Source of the DNA: Octopus sinensis
Lineage: Eukaryota
Reading direction: 5' to 3'
NCBI RefSeq assembly: GCF_006345805.1
Contig: NC_043009.1
Coordinates: 15,500,001-15,564,000 of the forward strand
DNA length: 64,000 nt
Below, piece after piece: positions 37,686 through 49,799 of this stretch. Position 1 is the stretch's first letter. Each line of letters begins with the position of its first letter. Both the position numbers and the translations under genes were made by a program. The notes below the pieces were generated by a model that saw only the letters and a list, made by a program, of their open reading frames with translations, was not told the origin of the DNA and searched no databases.

Positions 37686-38969
37686 TCAGGCTGAGTAAAA
37701 AGTAAGCAACGTTTTGAAACACGAAATTCATCACAATATATTTCAACAATGCGGAAGTTTTATTCATCAAAGTAAGTACCGTTACAATGAACACACTTTT
37801 GCCAACGCGTTGCAAATTTGTTTATTCAGTTAACATAAAAATCTAGAGTTTTGGAGTTTATGAACTCTTGCAACGCACTTTCAGCATCGGTTTGATTTTT
37901 GAATTCCTTCTCTCCCAAAAAAACCATCAAGATGCTTGAAACGGTGGTAGTCGGTAGGAGAAAGGTCTGGGGAATAAACTGGTTGGGGAAGAACTTCATA
38001 GATAAGGTCCCTCAACGCCTTGAGTGTCATTAGTGAAACATGTGATCGAGCATTGTCATGAAGACTGATTGAACCTCTTCTGTTGATTAGTCTCTGAGGT
38101 GTATGAGATTTTCGAGCAAGTTGGCAATTTCATGGCAATATGTTTCTGCAGTAATGGTTTTACCGGGTTTTCAGAAGTTATAGTGGATGATTCCAGCAGC
38201 ACATCACACAATCACTCACCATAACCTCCTTTTTGAAGAACTCGGATTTACGGAAGGTTTTCGGTGTTTCATCTTGGTCCAACTACTACGAAGTACGTTC
38301 TTTTATTATTATACAGAATCCAATCATCGCAAGCTACTAGACAGCCCACAAATGGATCGGTCTAGATTCGGAGAGAAGCGACAAGAAAATTTCTTATCTG
38401 GGCATATTCTGATTTTCATTCAAATTATGTGGTACACACTTGTCGAGCTTTTTTGATTTTCCGATCGCATGCAGATGGTTACAGGCAGTTTTCTGGCTAA
38501 CTTGAAATTCTTTTGCCAGTTCTCGAGTGGTTTTACATGGATCTTTTTCTTTGACGGTCTTTAATTGACTGTCATCGATGATAGATGCGCATCTGCTACG
38601 CTCAGGTACCTCAAGGCTCAGGTCTCCACTGCGTAAGTGTTTAAACCAATTTCGCCCTGACTATTCACTGGTCATTTCTTCACTAAACGTTTCGTTTATA
38701 TCGCGAGTAGTTTCAGCTGCTTTATGTCCGTTTTTGAAGTTGAATAGCAAAATTGCTCGAATGTCGCCTTTTGACAGTTCCATTTCAGATGATTGTTGCA
38801 CCGGTAAAAAAATATCAATATTAATTTATTAATGCATTCGAGCAAGTCTATGTCTGTCTTATCAGGCAATTAAAAAAAACGTATAAAAATAATAATTCAA
38901 GACTCTGCCAAAAAATCCGTTACAGTTTCATCATGGTTCAAAACGTTGCTTAATTTTTACTCAATCTCA
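37686..38969 (-). mobile_element. Full-length decayed mariner transposon (1284 bp) with TA flanks
   Basis: TIRs TCAGGCTGAGTAAAAAGTAAGCAACGTTTT (37686-37715) and AAAACGTTGCTTAATTTTTACTCAATCTCA (38940-38969), with TA at both ends. Confidence 0.9.
37770..38783 (-). pseudogene. Mariner transposase pseudogene
   Basis: ATG at 38783: MELSKGDIRAILLFNFKNGHKAAETTRDIN...LDKCVPHNL (WVPHEL-like), a C-terminal YSPDL-like region with DYHRFKHLDGF, and KFATRWQKCV. Multiple stops and frameshifts. Confidence 0.9.
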
Positions 38970-39010
38970 TATCTACCTATCTACCTATCTTTGTCTGTGT
39001 ATATATATAT

Positions 39011-39478
<468 letters not shown>

Positions 39479-39479
39479 C

Positions 39480-39775
39480 TTGACTGGTGATCGTCAGGTT
39501 GTGAGTTGGGTTTTCTGGCGATGCATTGTGTCCTTGAGCAAGATGTTTTATTTCACATTTCTCTAGTTCATTCAGCTGACAAAAATGAGTAGTATCTGTG
39601 TTTGAAATGGTCAGCCTTGTCACACTCTGTGTCACGTGGAATCTCTCTGAGAAGTACATTAAGGTTAGATGTATCTGCAGTGTGGTCAGCCACTTGTACG
39701 TGAATTTCACGAGCGACCTGAGCCGTTGATTGGATCAACTGGAACACTTTTTTGTTGTGTTCTAACCGACGGAAT
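39480..39775 (+). mobile_element. Family C SINE
   Basis: GTGTCCTTGAGCAAGATG, CAGCCTTGTCACACTCTGTGTCACG, GTTGATTGGATCAACTGGAAC. Confidence 0.75.
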
Positions 39776-39822
39776 ATCATGATGTGTATATGTATATATA
39801 TATATATATATTATATATTGTG

Positions 39823-39891
<69 letters not shown>

Positions 39892-39896
<5 letters not shown>

Positions 39897-40227
39897 TACA
39901 GCGTGGAAGGTGTTTATAAGCCATTTAAGAAACACACAAAAGCCGTTCGATTCACTTCAACATTTAAGTTTAATTTGTCAAAATATTTTCGTCGCTAAAA
40001 TCCGCGACCTGTTCACTGACAAAGTCCGTGCAGCACGGACTTTGTCAGTGAACAGGTCGCGGATTTTAGCGACGAAAATATTTTGACAAATTAAACTTAA
40101 ATGTTGAAGTGAATCGAACGGCTTTTGTGTGTTTCTTAAATGGCTTATAAACACCTTCCACGCTGCAATTGTTTTCGTTTCAGCACACGATCTCAGATCA
40201 AATTACTTGCTATGCGAGTACATCTCC
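39892..40227 (+). mobile_element. Small fold-back element: 140-bp inverted arms around one base (40032) plus a 55-nt tail, in (TA)n; PLE-terminus architecture
   Basis: 39892-40031 is the reverse complement of 40033-40172 with one mismatch seen. A second family member lies at 52924-53214. Confidence 0.9.
40041..40090 (+). ncRNA. Hammerhead-like fold with swapped G3:C8 core (mirror copy on the minus strand at 39974-40023)
   Basis: TTTGTCA / GTGAACA / G / GTCGC-GGATTTTA-GCGAC / GAA-AATATT-T / TGACAAA. Confidence 0.65.
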
Positions 40228-40228
40228 G

Positions 40229-40283
<55 letters not shown>

Positions 40284-40309
40284 AAGAGAGAGAGATTGAT
40301 AGATAGATA

Positions 40310-40630
40310 TTCTTTAATTTGGCTGCAGGCATGCTGCAGCACCGCTTTAATCGAACAAAAGGACCCCGTATCATAGTGCTTTTAAAAGCCTATTACTTAT
40401 TCTATCGGTGACTTTTGCCGAACCGCTAGATTACGAGGACGTAAACATAAAAGCATGGATTGTCAAACTATGGTGGGGGGACAAGCACACACACACACAC
40501 ACACACGTATATATATATACACGATGTGCAATCACAAGGCTTTGGTCGGCCCGTGGTTATATTAGAAAATACTTGCCCGAGGAGCCACGCAGTTGGACTG
40601 AACCCGGACCGGAGCCATGTGGTTTGCAGG
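40310..40630 (-). mobile_element. Degenerate family A SINE
   Basis: CATGCTGCAGCACCGCTTTAATCG...TTTTGCCGAACCGCTA...CACAAGGCTTTGGTCGGCCC. Confidence 0.8.
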
Positions 40631-40639
40631 CAAACTCCT

Positions 40640-41290
40640 TAGCACACAGCTCCCCATCCGGCGACTGATCAATAAATATCCAGACTGTTGTCATAGTAAA
40701 GAAGAGTGATGCCGCTTGGTAAAGATTGACCTTCATCTCTGCTATACATGCACGCCAAGTTTTCACGTACAAGCTCACTCACAGTGGTGATTGGAAGTAG
40801 AGTGTGTAAAGTGTGATCTTCGCATTGACCATGACAAAAATAATTGTTATGGTGATGCCTGCTCAGTGGTCAACGCAAACTTGTAGCAAGTGTATGGAGA
40901 GGAGTATATGAATCGCACACACGTGTACGAATTTTTAAGACGTTTCCAAGATGGCTGAAAAAATGTCATAATGACGAACGTTCTGGGAACCCGCAACCAG
41001 CAGAACTGAGAAAACATCGCAGATGTGCATGCAACTCTGAGGGGAAATCGTTGAACCCGCGGGTTATCAAAGGATGTCCAGTTTAGTTACGGTTCGGTTC
41101 AGTCCATTATCACAGAAGATTTGGATATGAGACGAGTATCTGCCAAGTTTGTGTCATAACAGTTTTCAGTTGACCAAAAAGACACTCGGAGTTTCAGTTG
41201 CACGAAATCTCCTTGATTGTGTCAAGTATGATGAAAACTTATTGAAAGCTTTGCGTACAACTCTGAGCAGGTAATGCCAAACTTTTGGTA
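40640..41290 (+). pseudogene. Second mariner-family transposase fragment (N-terminal half)
   Basis: VYGEEYMNRTHVYEF..RFQDG...DERSG.P, YGSVQSIITEDL.MRRVSAKFV, DENLLK. Frameshifted and 3'-truncated. Confidence 0.8.
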
Positions 41291-41574
41291 GAACTTTATG
41301 CAGATTCTCTGCTCAAATTTCACCCCCATAGTCAATGTAATGATCACACGTTACACACGTTACTTACAAGCATCTTTACTCTTTGTGCTTTAGCTTCGTT
41401 ACTATGGCAACACTCCGGACACTTATTGATCAGATTACGTATATATACATTTATGTATCCATATATATATACGCATGTTTGAATACGTAACATATTTGCA
41501 TACACATACATATACATATACATATATGAACAGAAATAATTGTGTGTGTGCGTATGTGCGTGTGTGTATGTGGT

Positions 41575-41605
<31 letters not shown>

Positions 41606-42008
41606 TTTGTGTGTGTGTGTGTGTACGTGTGTGTCCTCAGTGTTCCACTTAATATTCTCTGAGTATTTTGGGTAGTAGAACGACCACTGGCTTCATCGTC
41701 AACGACTGACATGTATTCGTATGCTCATACATGTACATTCATGCTTATGCACACACGCTTATGCAAATATGTTACATATTCACAAACACTCACAAACACA
41801 CACATACTTACACACACACAAACGCACGTATTTCACATAGGTATAAAAGATGATTGTCAGTGTTAAGTAGAACCTAGAGCAAGTCTCCGGGGAATACAGC
41901 TGTCAGGTAAAGAATTTTAAGAAAGGAACATAGGTTTTCTTATGCATAAATATGTACACACATACACACTCATATATAATATAATATATACAATATATAT
42001 ATGCATAT

Positions 42009-42059
<51 letters not shown>

Positions 42060-42399
42060 TATATATATATATGTACGTACATATACATGTATACACATGC
42101 ATATATGGGTACAGGGTGTCATTAAACGTAAACAACATGAAATACGAAATAGGAAAGCATGGAATACGGAATTTTTTGCGAACAACGAAAGAAACAAATA
42201 GAAAACAAGATAAGTATCCTAAAGAATGACCCTTCATCAGTTGTCGGCTGTTTATCTACTCCACGTCTCGTCAATTACATCAAGATGTGTCTTCGGGAAA
42301 ACACTTGCTCCCGCACCCTATACCATTTCATCGTTAACTGTCTGTCCCTCTTTCTTTCTCACTCTTACTCTTTTATTCTCTCGTTGCTCACACGTGACC

Positions 42400-43300
42400 T
42401 TTGGGTATCTTTCTTTTCTTAACTTGAGCTGTGAGTTGTAGAAAGATGAGAAATTCAACTGCATATTCAACACCGGCATGTTCGTCAAAGTTAGTATCAA
42501 TGGGGACAAAATTTGAAGCATCTACAGGTGGAATGTGGAGGAGTTCATGGTTACTTTATGAACGCTTTCATTCTGAGGTGCTAAAATAGCTCTCACTACG
42601 AACCATGATACGCTTTTGATGTTATCGTGCAATATGGGAAATACCTTTCATTTAAGCTCGGCCAATGTAGGTACTATGTGCCTGCATTGCAGTACATGCT
42701 GCTGCAGGGTTTTATTCAACGGTAAGGCGCCACTTCTAATTTGTAGAGTTTGATGAGATAATTCTTCAGCTAAGCGCTCGTTGTAGAAATGAGGTCACAT
42801 ATTATTGCTTAATGAAAGTTGACAAGCACACTGCCACAGATGTGAAGACTTCAGACATGCATTCATCTCGTCAGCTCGCGTACCCCGTGGTATGACTGGT
42901 AATATTTCACAGAAATCCCCTACAAGCGCATTGTATCGAATTCAGTGCTGTACAACGGCTTTTTTGTGGGCTTTTATGGCTAATGTGAAATCATTTTAAT
43001 TCTGTGTCCCTTCTCCAGCAACTTTGAGCTGTCGAATCAGATTATTAAGCGCCAAAAACATGGTCTGCGAGGCAGAAACAATGTCCTCATGCAAGGTTAT
43101 TATTATCTGACAGTGTCTCCTTAACTGCTGGTGGCTGTTTCCTATAAAGTAAATTAGCAGAAATTCTACCATCACTGGATGGTGGAAGACATAGCAATTA
43201 TATATATGAGACGGAAGACCTAGCAATTATATACTGAAGTTGTGATCCGTATAATTTCAATTTTTAGTAACGAATGAAGAGATGTAGAAAAATTCCTATG
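42400..43300 (-). pseudogene. Helitron RepHel Pif1-like helicase relic
   Basis: GDFCEILPVIPRGTRADEMNACLKSSHLW and KVFP.L..N...W...RAILAPQNE, hallmark Helitron helicase motifs, with stops. Confidence 0.75.
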
Positions 43301-43595
43301 TCAATTTGTAAGCGGTTATGAGAGGAAACGGTAAACTCTCAATGATTTGGCTTTGTTCTGTGTTGATAAACGTAATGTATTCTGTTAGCTGATATACAGT
43401 AGAGTGGATTACTGGCGTAATAAAAGTCATTATTTTTCCAGAAGTGAAGTGGGGAGGGTACCATTTGCATGAAAGTAATTAATGTTTTTAGGAAGGATCA
43501 CAGACTATGTACAGTTTCATCGAATAAAAGGAGTTTAATATGATTTTGCCCAGAAATCACGCTTTCAAAATTATAATTCCCCATACCCATCGAAA

Positions 43596-43829
43596 TTTCC
43601 TCGAAGATATATCATATCACAACTACGTTTCCTTTAATATATCTCACAGAAATAGCAACATTTTCACCAAAACTACAGCATTTTGGCTGATCCACTAAAC
43701 TCTGCATTTAGAATTCATTTGATAAACTATGTCTACCATGCTTTATATAACAAAGATTCATTTTCAGCTACACGTCTGATCACCGATTCCAAAGCATTAT
43801 ATATTCTCGAATTTCCACATGGAAAAATA
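43596..43829. repeat. Left arm of a ~235-bp inverted repeat (partner 46853-47088)
   Basis: Reverse complement GGTGATCAGACGTGTAGCTGAAA...GGATCAGCCAAAATGCT.TAGTTTTGGTGAAAATGTTGCTATTTCTGTGAGATATATTAA matches 46890-47050. Confidence 0.85.
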
Positions 43830-45080
43830 GAGATAACGAATCTGGGAAATATAATTTGTTTTGGAAAGTTTAATTTTTCTGAAAGAAATACTGAATGCCC
43901 CTTCCCCAACCTCGGTCACCTATCAGCTACCCATTTGTAGTGAAATACAAATATCCTATATGGAAAACATAGGAATGTGAGTAAATTGAGGAAAGAAATA
44001 AGGTGGAGGGGTACGCAAATATCATCTCAGACATGCTAGAAACAACAGGTAAAAGACAGGATTTTTGAGATAACTTCATTGTAAGTTTAAATGGAAGATC
44101 AGGTCTTGAAATACGATCATCACAAACAGGAATGACAGAATAAGAAAATACGATTTCAGATGCAGTTTAGGGCACGGCAAGGAATAATATAATTCACACA
44201 GAAATTCAAATCTGTGTGTGTGTCTGTGAGTGTGTGAGTGTGTGTGTTTGTGTATGTGTGTGTGTGTGTGTGTGTGAGTGTGCTAAAGGAAGTTATTTTT
44301 GCATATGTTTCTTAATTCTAATTAATTAGTGGAAATTGTGCCTTGTTGGCAGCATAAGGTCTTCGTAAGTTATGCGAAATTGAAAGAGAGAGATAATGCC
44401 TAATTCTCCCTTTTCCTCCTGCTTTCCCTTTCTTTTTGTGCCAACTTTCTTTCTCCTTCACCCATAGAACATACAGCATCAACTTTGTGTGGGACTTCTT
44501 TCACTTTCAACTATAGAACCTACATAGGATACGAAACATCAATATCCGTCTCTCACCCATTATCCTTCATTCAACTTCTCCTATAGAAACTTTTTTTTCT
44601 GTCTCTGTCTTATTCTCATTCTGCATTTTTCTCGGTCATTCCATAAAAAAGTTATTTCTTTATGGTTTGAAGAGAGCAGAAATTGAAAGAAAAGAGAAAG
44701 CGAAAAATGGAGGGAGATAGAGTAGAAAGTGAAAGATGTATGTACGTGTGTGTGAGAGAGAGAAAGACAGAGAATGAGTGAGTGAGTGAGTGAATGAGTG
44801 AGTGAAGGTGTGTGTCGTGTTGATGGATGTCTTTTAAGGTTCACACTGATCTAGTTTCACACTCAAATGTGACGTCGTTTTCGTCGTCGTCGTCGTATAA
44901 AATGTTTACGATATGGAAAAGATTATAATATGGAAAAGATTATAATTTTAAATTTTTGTAATTCAGATATGTCAATGAAAATAAAGTTTAGTTGGTAGTG
45001 GAAATAGTACTGAATCTTTTGATATACCATACGTGAAAATCGGCAACTCGGTTTTGGAATGCATAACAAACATACGCACG

Positions 45081-45117
<37 letters not shown>

Positions 45118-46852
45118 CCTCTCATTTATAGATATAGATAATGTGGCACAGTTCTGTTCATTTTTGCATGACATTTCTACGAGCACTAACCAGTCAAGCT
45201 GAACGTCTAGCACAACGGTTTCCAGTTTGTTGAAATATCAAATCACCAATGTGATCGCTAATAATAATTAGAACACGCAGGAAAACGGATTTTAAAATCC
45301 TGATATTTGTAGTTATATTCAAGCATTCAAAATATCATGTGATATATACTCCTTAAAACACCCGTAGAAGTTAGTTGCAGTGAAATATAGAAACGTTAAA
45401 TTATCAAAAAGAGAGGAGAAAACTGAGAGTATAAACAAGCTTGACTCGACGACAACAGCAGCATAGAACATAAAGTGATAGACAGATGTTAATGAAAAGA
45501 GTAATATTTAGGGCTGGCTTGATTTTATATAAGTTTACTTCTTACTCAATTCATTAGCATTTCGAGGCCTTCGAGTGCAACCGAGCTTTAGATGTTCAAT
45601 AACATGCTTCGGTTTTTGTTTAGCAAGAGTTTTGTCTTAAACGACAAATGTAACGCGTAGTGAATTCATTCCACGGAATTTTAATTTGTCTTAATGCTGA
45701 AGGAAAGCAAATAAATAAATATAATAATAATCAACTCAAGTATTATCCAGTGTTTAAATTGTCTTCTGAGAGTTTGCTGAATCAGTGACATAAACAACTA
45801 AATCTATATTTGAATATTATTTCCTTTTCTGGTATATTACTGCAGGGGATATTTACAAAGCAATCTACTATAGAAAAAAAAGATCTAATCAGAAGACTTA
45901 TTTTATACAATGGAGCACCTGGTCGAAATCTAATTAAATGGAAGTAGCATCGCAAAAGTGTGGCATCCATTGAAAATGTAATTTTCAGGTACTAGGAGTG
46001 CCTACTTGATAAAATACCGAAACACCTGCTTATATATTATGTTTCTATGGTTTCAAAACACGTAGATTTCTTAATAAGAATATGAGATAGATTATTTCAT
46101 TATTGCTTGTGATAAACGGCTATAACTATAAACCAATAATATTAGTATCAGCTAAATTTCCTAATATATCTCATGTTTTCCCGCAAAAAGACACGTTATT
46201 TCAGATTTCCGAATACGAAACTATGGAAAGGAAACAAAATAGCACTACTTCACCAAATACCTTATATTTATTTTCCAATTTAGTCTGATATTAATGTGCA
46301 GATAACAAAGAAACAATAATTATTTTGTGCCAAAATTTTGTGCCGGTCGGAAATATCAGCTAAAAATGTAATTCACATAGTGAGGATATTGCCTTAGGTG
46401 AGGTAAAATAGATATTGTGTGGAATGCTATTTTCCTTTTAAATTCGTTCGATGCACCAAGGACTCTATTTTCCATTGTGCTGTTAGATAAAACTGGAAGC
46501 TGGGTGCACTGTTTACAGAAAATTCATACGCTTATGATGAATATGAGACCGAAGTAAGGTACAATATAAATATTTCCCTTACATCTGTTAAATCTATTAA
46601 GGAGGATATTACACATTCTTTATACCACTGGAGACAAAGTATAATTTCAATATATCTAAATATATATGTGGCACACAATGCAATCATTTAACATCAATTT
46701 TCAATACTTCTTGTACTAACCCTAGTATTTTTTATGGGATTCTTCAGAAAAAGTAAGAACGAAACTGATATGTGAATGACTATGTAATAGTATCTACCCA
46801 GTGGCTGAAAACGATCAGACCGTTGCTATATTAGCTATTTTAAGATATGAAG

Positions 46853-47088
46853 TATTTTTCCTTGTTGATTCGGTCGAGAACATATAATGTTTTGGAATTG
46901 GTGATCAGACGTGTAGCTGAAACTGAAGCTTGATTATATAAAGCATGGTAGGCATAGTTTTTCCAATGAATTCTAAATGTAGAGTTTAATGGATCAGCCA
47001 AAATGCTCTAGTTTTGGTGAAAATGTTGCTATTTCTGTGAGATATATTAAGGGAAACGTAGTCGTGATATGATATACCTTAGAGGAAA
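46853..47088. repeat. Right arm of the ~235-bp inverted repeat
   Basis: About 90% identical by eye to the reverse complement of 43596-43829. Confidence 0.85.
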
Positions 47089-48198
47089 ACGGTGAAGATA
47101 TACACTTGCTTTATAGGGCAATGTTATAATGTTTTTGCATAATGGATCATCATAAGGATGTTATGAATAAGGTCAATATATGATTTAACTTCAGGAATGC
47201 CGCGAAATATGGAAACTTCTCGTGCGAGAGGAAATGGCTGATTTTGTAAGTTCATAACGCTAGTTGTAGTAATTAAATAATCATGTTGACTAGTGAGCTT
47301 CACGAAAACGCAAACTGATATCAGATACCCTCCATTGATGAAATACTGTTCCGATTAATCTTCGCAGGAGCCCTTATACAATAAGAGCTGTGGTATGATG
47401 CTTGTATACTGTGGGAAATAGAAACTCGAGAATGTTTTCATGTGTCTCGACTGATTATATTGACTCAGTAGTGTAAGCTGATGTATACTATGTTTCAGTT
47501 ATCATTTCGTGGTTCTTGATTTATTATTTTTTTCCGAAGCTGCTTGACTTTTATACTTATCACTCGTGATATTAATAATTATTGCATATTGCATACTTAA
47601 GCGAAATTGACATTTGTTAATCTGGCGTTAGCGAGATTAATAATCACAGAAATATCAAACTGTCTTGTGATATGAGAGAAATAGCATATTTTCGATTTTA
47701 ATGTTTCTTTAATTGACTTAAATAGAAGTTCACAGCGCCGAATGACAGTCGAGTTATAGGGAAACCTGAATGATTAAATATGTTTTCTTTTTTCTTTGAG
47801 GAAATAAATTTCGTTTCGTAGATTTATGTGCGTGGACCTAGTAGTATTGAAAAAAGAGATAACAGGGTAGTATTGAAAATGAAATAGTAATTTTGGGATG
47901 GTAGGAAATATTTCTGTGTAGTTTCAAAAATGTGTGTTGATAACTGTGATTACGATTAGATTTTACTATTGGGTGCAGCAGAATCTTTCTCGCTTGGGAT
48001 CTCAGTTTTACGACAATCACGAGGTAAAATTAATTTCGCAATATCCTTAATTTATTATGGAGAATGAAGATGGCTCAATGATGAACATCAGTATTATTTA
48101 TTTTGCTTTTTATTTTATGTGTACTGGAAGATATCAGTGGCAATATCAAGGAATTCTATGCCATAGTCACTGAAACATTCAGGCCAAGATGTTTCAAC

Positions 48199-48281
<83 letters not shown>

Positions 48282-48455
48282 ATCAACTCATTCGTGGTAA
48301 TACAGTTTATGTATTTGATGATAATGAACCAATCATCCCCGTAAAGCCATATACGTTTGTACATCGAAATATATAGACACAAACGATACACACAGTCATT
48401 CACACGGACATATCCATATATATATATATATATACGAACATATATATATATATAT

Positions 48456-48553
<98 letters not shown>

Positions 48554-48676
48554 CATACATTTGTAAGTATGTATTGGACCTTGTGATTGCGTACACATTT
48601 ATATGTATTTATCTGTATGCATCTCAGTTTATGTGAGTGCACATGGTTATGACTTTGTGGAGATATTAATTTTTCA

Positions 48677-48790
48677 GCAAGGCGTTTGTTGGCCAAAAGC
48701 TATAGTAGATGACATTTTCCCAAGGTGTCACGCAGTGGAACTGAACCCGGAACCATGCGGTTCGTAAGCAAGCTACTTACCTCACAGCCA
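48677..48790 (-). mobile_element. Family A SINE head fragment
   Basis: CCCAAGGTGTCACGCAGTGGAACTGAACCCGGAACCATG...CTTACCTCACAGCC. Confidence 0.8.
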
Positions 48791-49068
48791 TGAGAAATCA
48801 GATTCGATAATTCAAAAACAGAATAGAAACCGAGCCAAAAGGAGTATTGTAATATATTTAATGCTCCTCTCATTAAAATTTTTAATATTGAAACAATACT
48901 AAAACATTCAAAATTACAGATACACCTAAGTATTAAAACATATGATCGACATATCATGCGGATCTATAAAAAATAAGTGTAATATATAAACATATTAAAA
49001 GATATAGTCCTACTTACTAATAAGGGTAAGTAAAAAAGATGAGACGTCCAGGGTATAGTGTAAAAAGT

Positions 49069-49453
49069 GGAGGCGCAATGGCCCAGTGGTTTGGGCAGTG
49101 GACTCGCGGTCATAGGATCGCGGTTTCGATTCCCAGACCGGGCGTTGTGAGTGTTTATTGAGCGAAAACACCTAAAAGCTCCACGAGGCTCCGGCAGGGG
49201 ATGGTGGTGATCCCTGCTGTACTCTTTCACCACAACTTTCCCTCACTCTTACTTCCTGTTTCTGTTGTACCTGTACTTCAAAGGGCCGGCCTTGTCACTC
49301 TCTGTGTCACACTGAATATCCCCGAGAACTACGTTAAGGGTACACGTGTCTGTGGAGTGCTCAGCCACTTACACGTTAATTTCACAAGCAGGCAGTTCCG
49401 TTGATTTGGATCAACCGGAACCCTCGTCGTCGTAACCGACGGAGTGCTTCCAC
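49069..49453 (+). mobile_element. Full-length tRNA SINE with family C tail and a 12-bp TSD
   Basis: Head GGAGGCGCAATGGCCCAGTGG...GGTTTCGATTCCC. TSD AGTGTAAAAAGT at 49057-49068 and 49454-49465. Confidence 0.9.
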
Positions 49454-49799
49454 AGTGTAAAAAGTAGATAATTCATAGTTTGAACGTTGGATTTCGTTCT
49501 TTTTTCAGGCTAAATATCAACAGATTCTTTTATGGCCTTTTGTGGGAAACAGTAATCCTTTTGAATAATCGATTTTCATATCCAAACTTTTAGATAACTG
49601 CCTCCATTTTCAGGAAGTGTTAGAAGAGGTCACATCTCGCTTACTATTAGGAAACCTACTTTAGTGCTAGGTTTTTCTATATAGTTATACCTATGAGCAT
49701 GAGGAGGAAATACTGTGTAGGAATTATGGGAAGTTAATATAGAAAGTTTGGTGTGTTGTAAGGGAATAAATTACACCAAGAGAAGGGTGATAAAGTTTG

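Noticed and set aside
42200-42250. Minus-strand CTGATGA in a repeat fragment
   Set aside because: No downstream stem II plus GAAA found.
49069-49140. tRNA-like sequences at SINE heads (also 234, 22837, 58947)
   Set aside because: A and B boxes only; no cloverleaf, and each continues into a SINE body.
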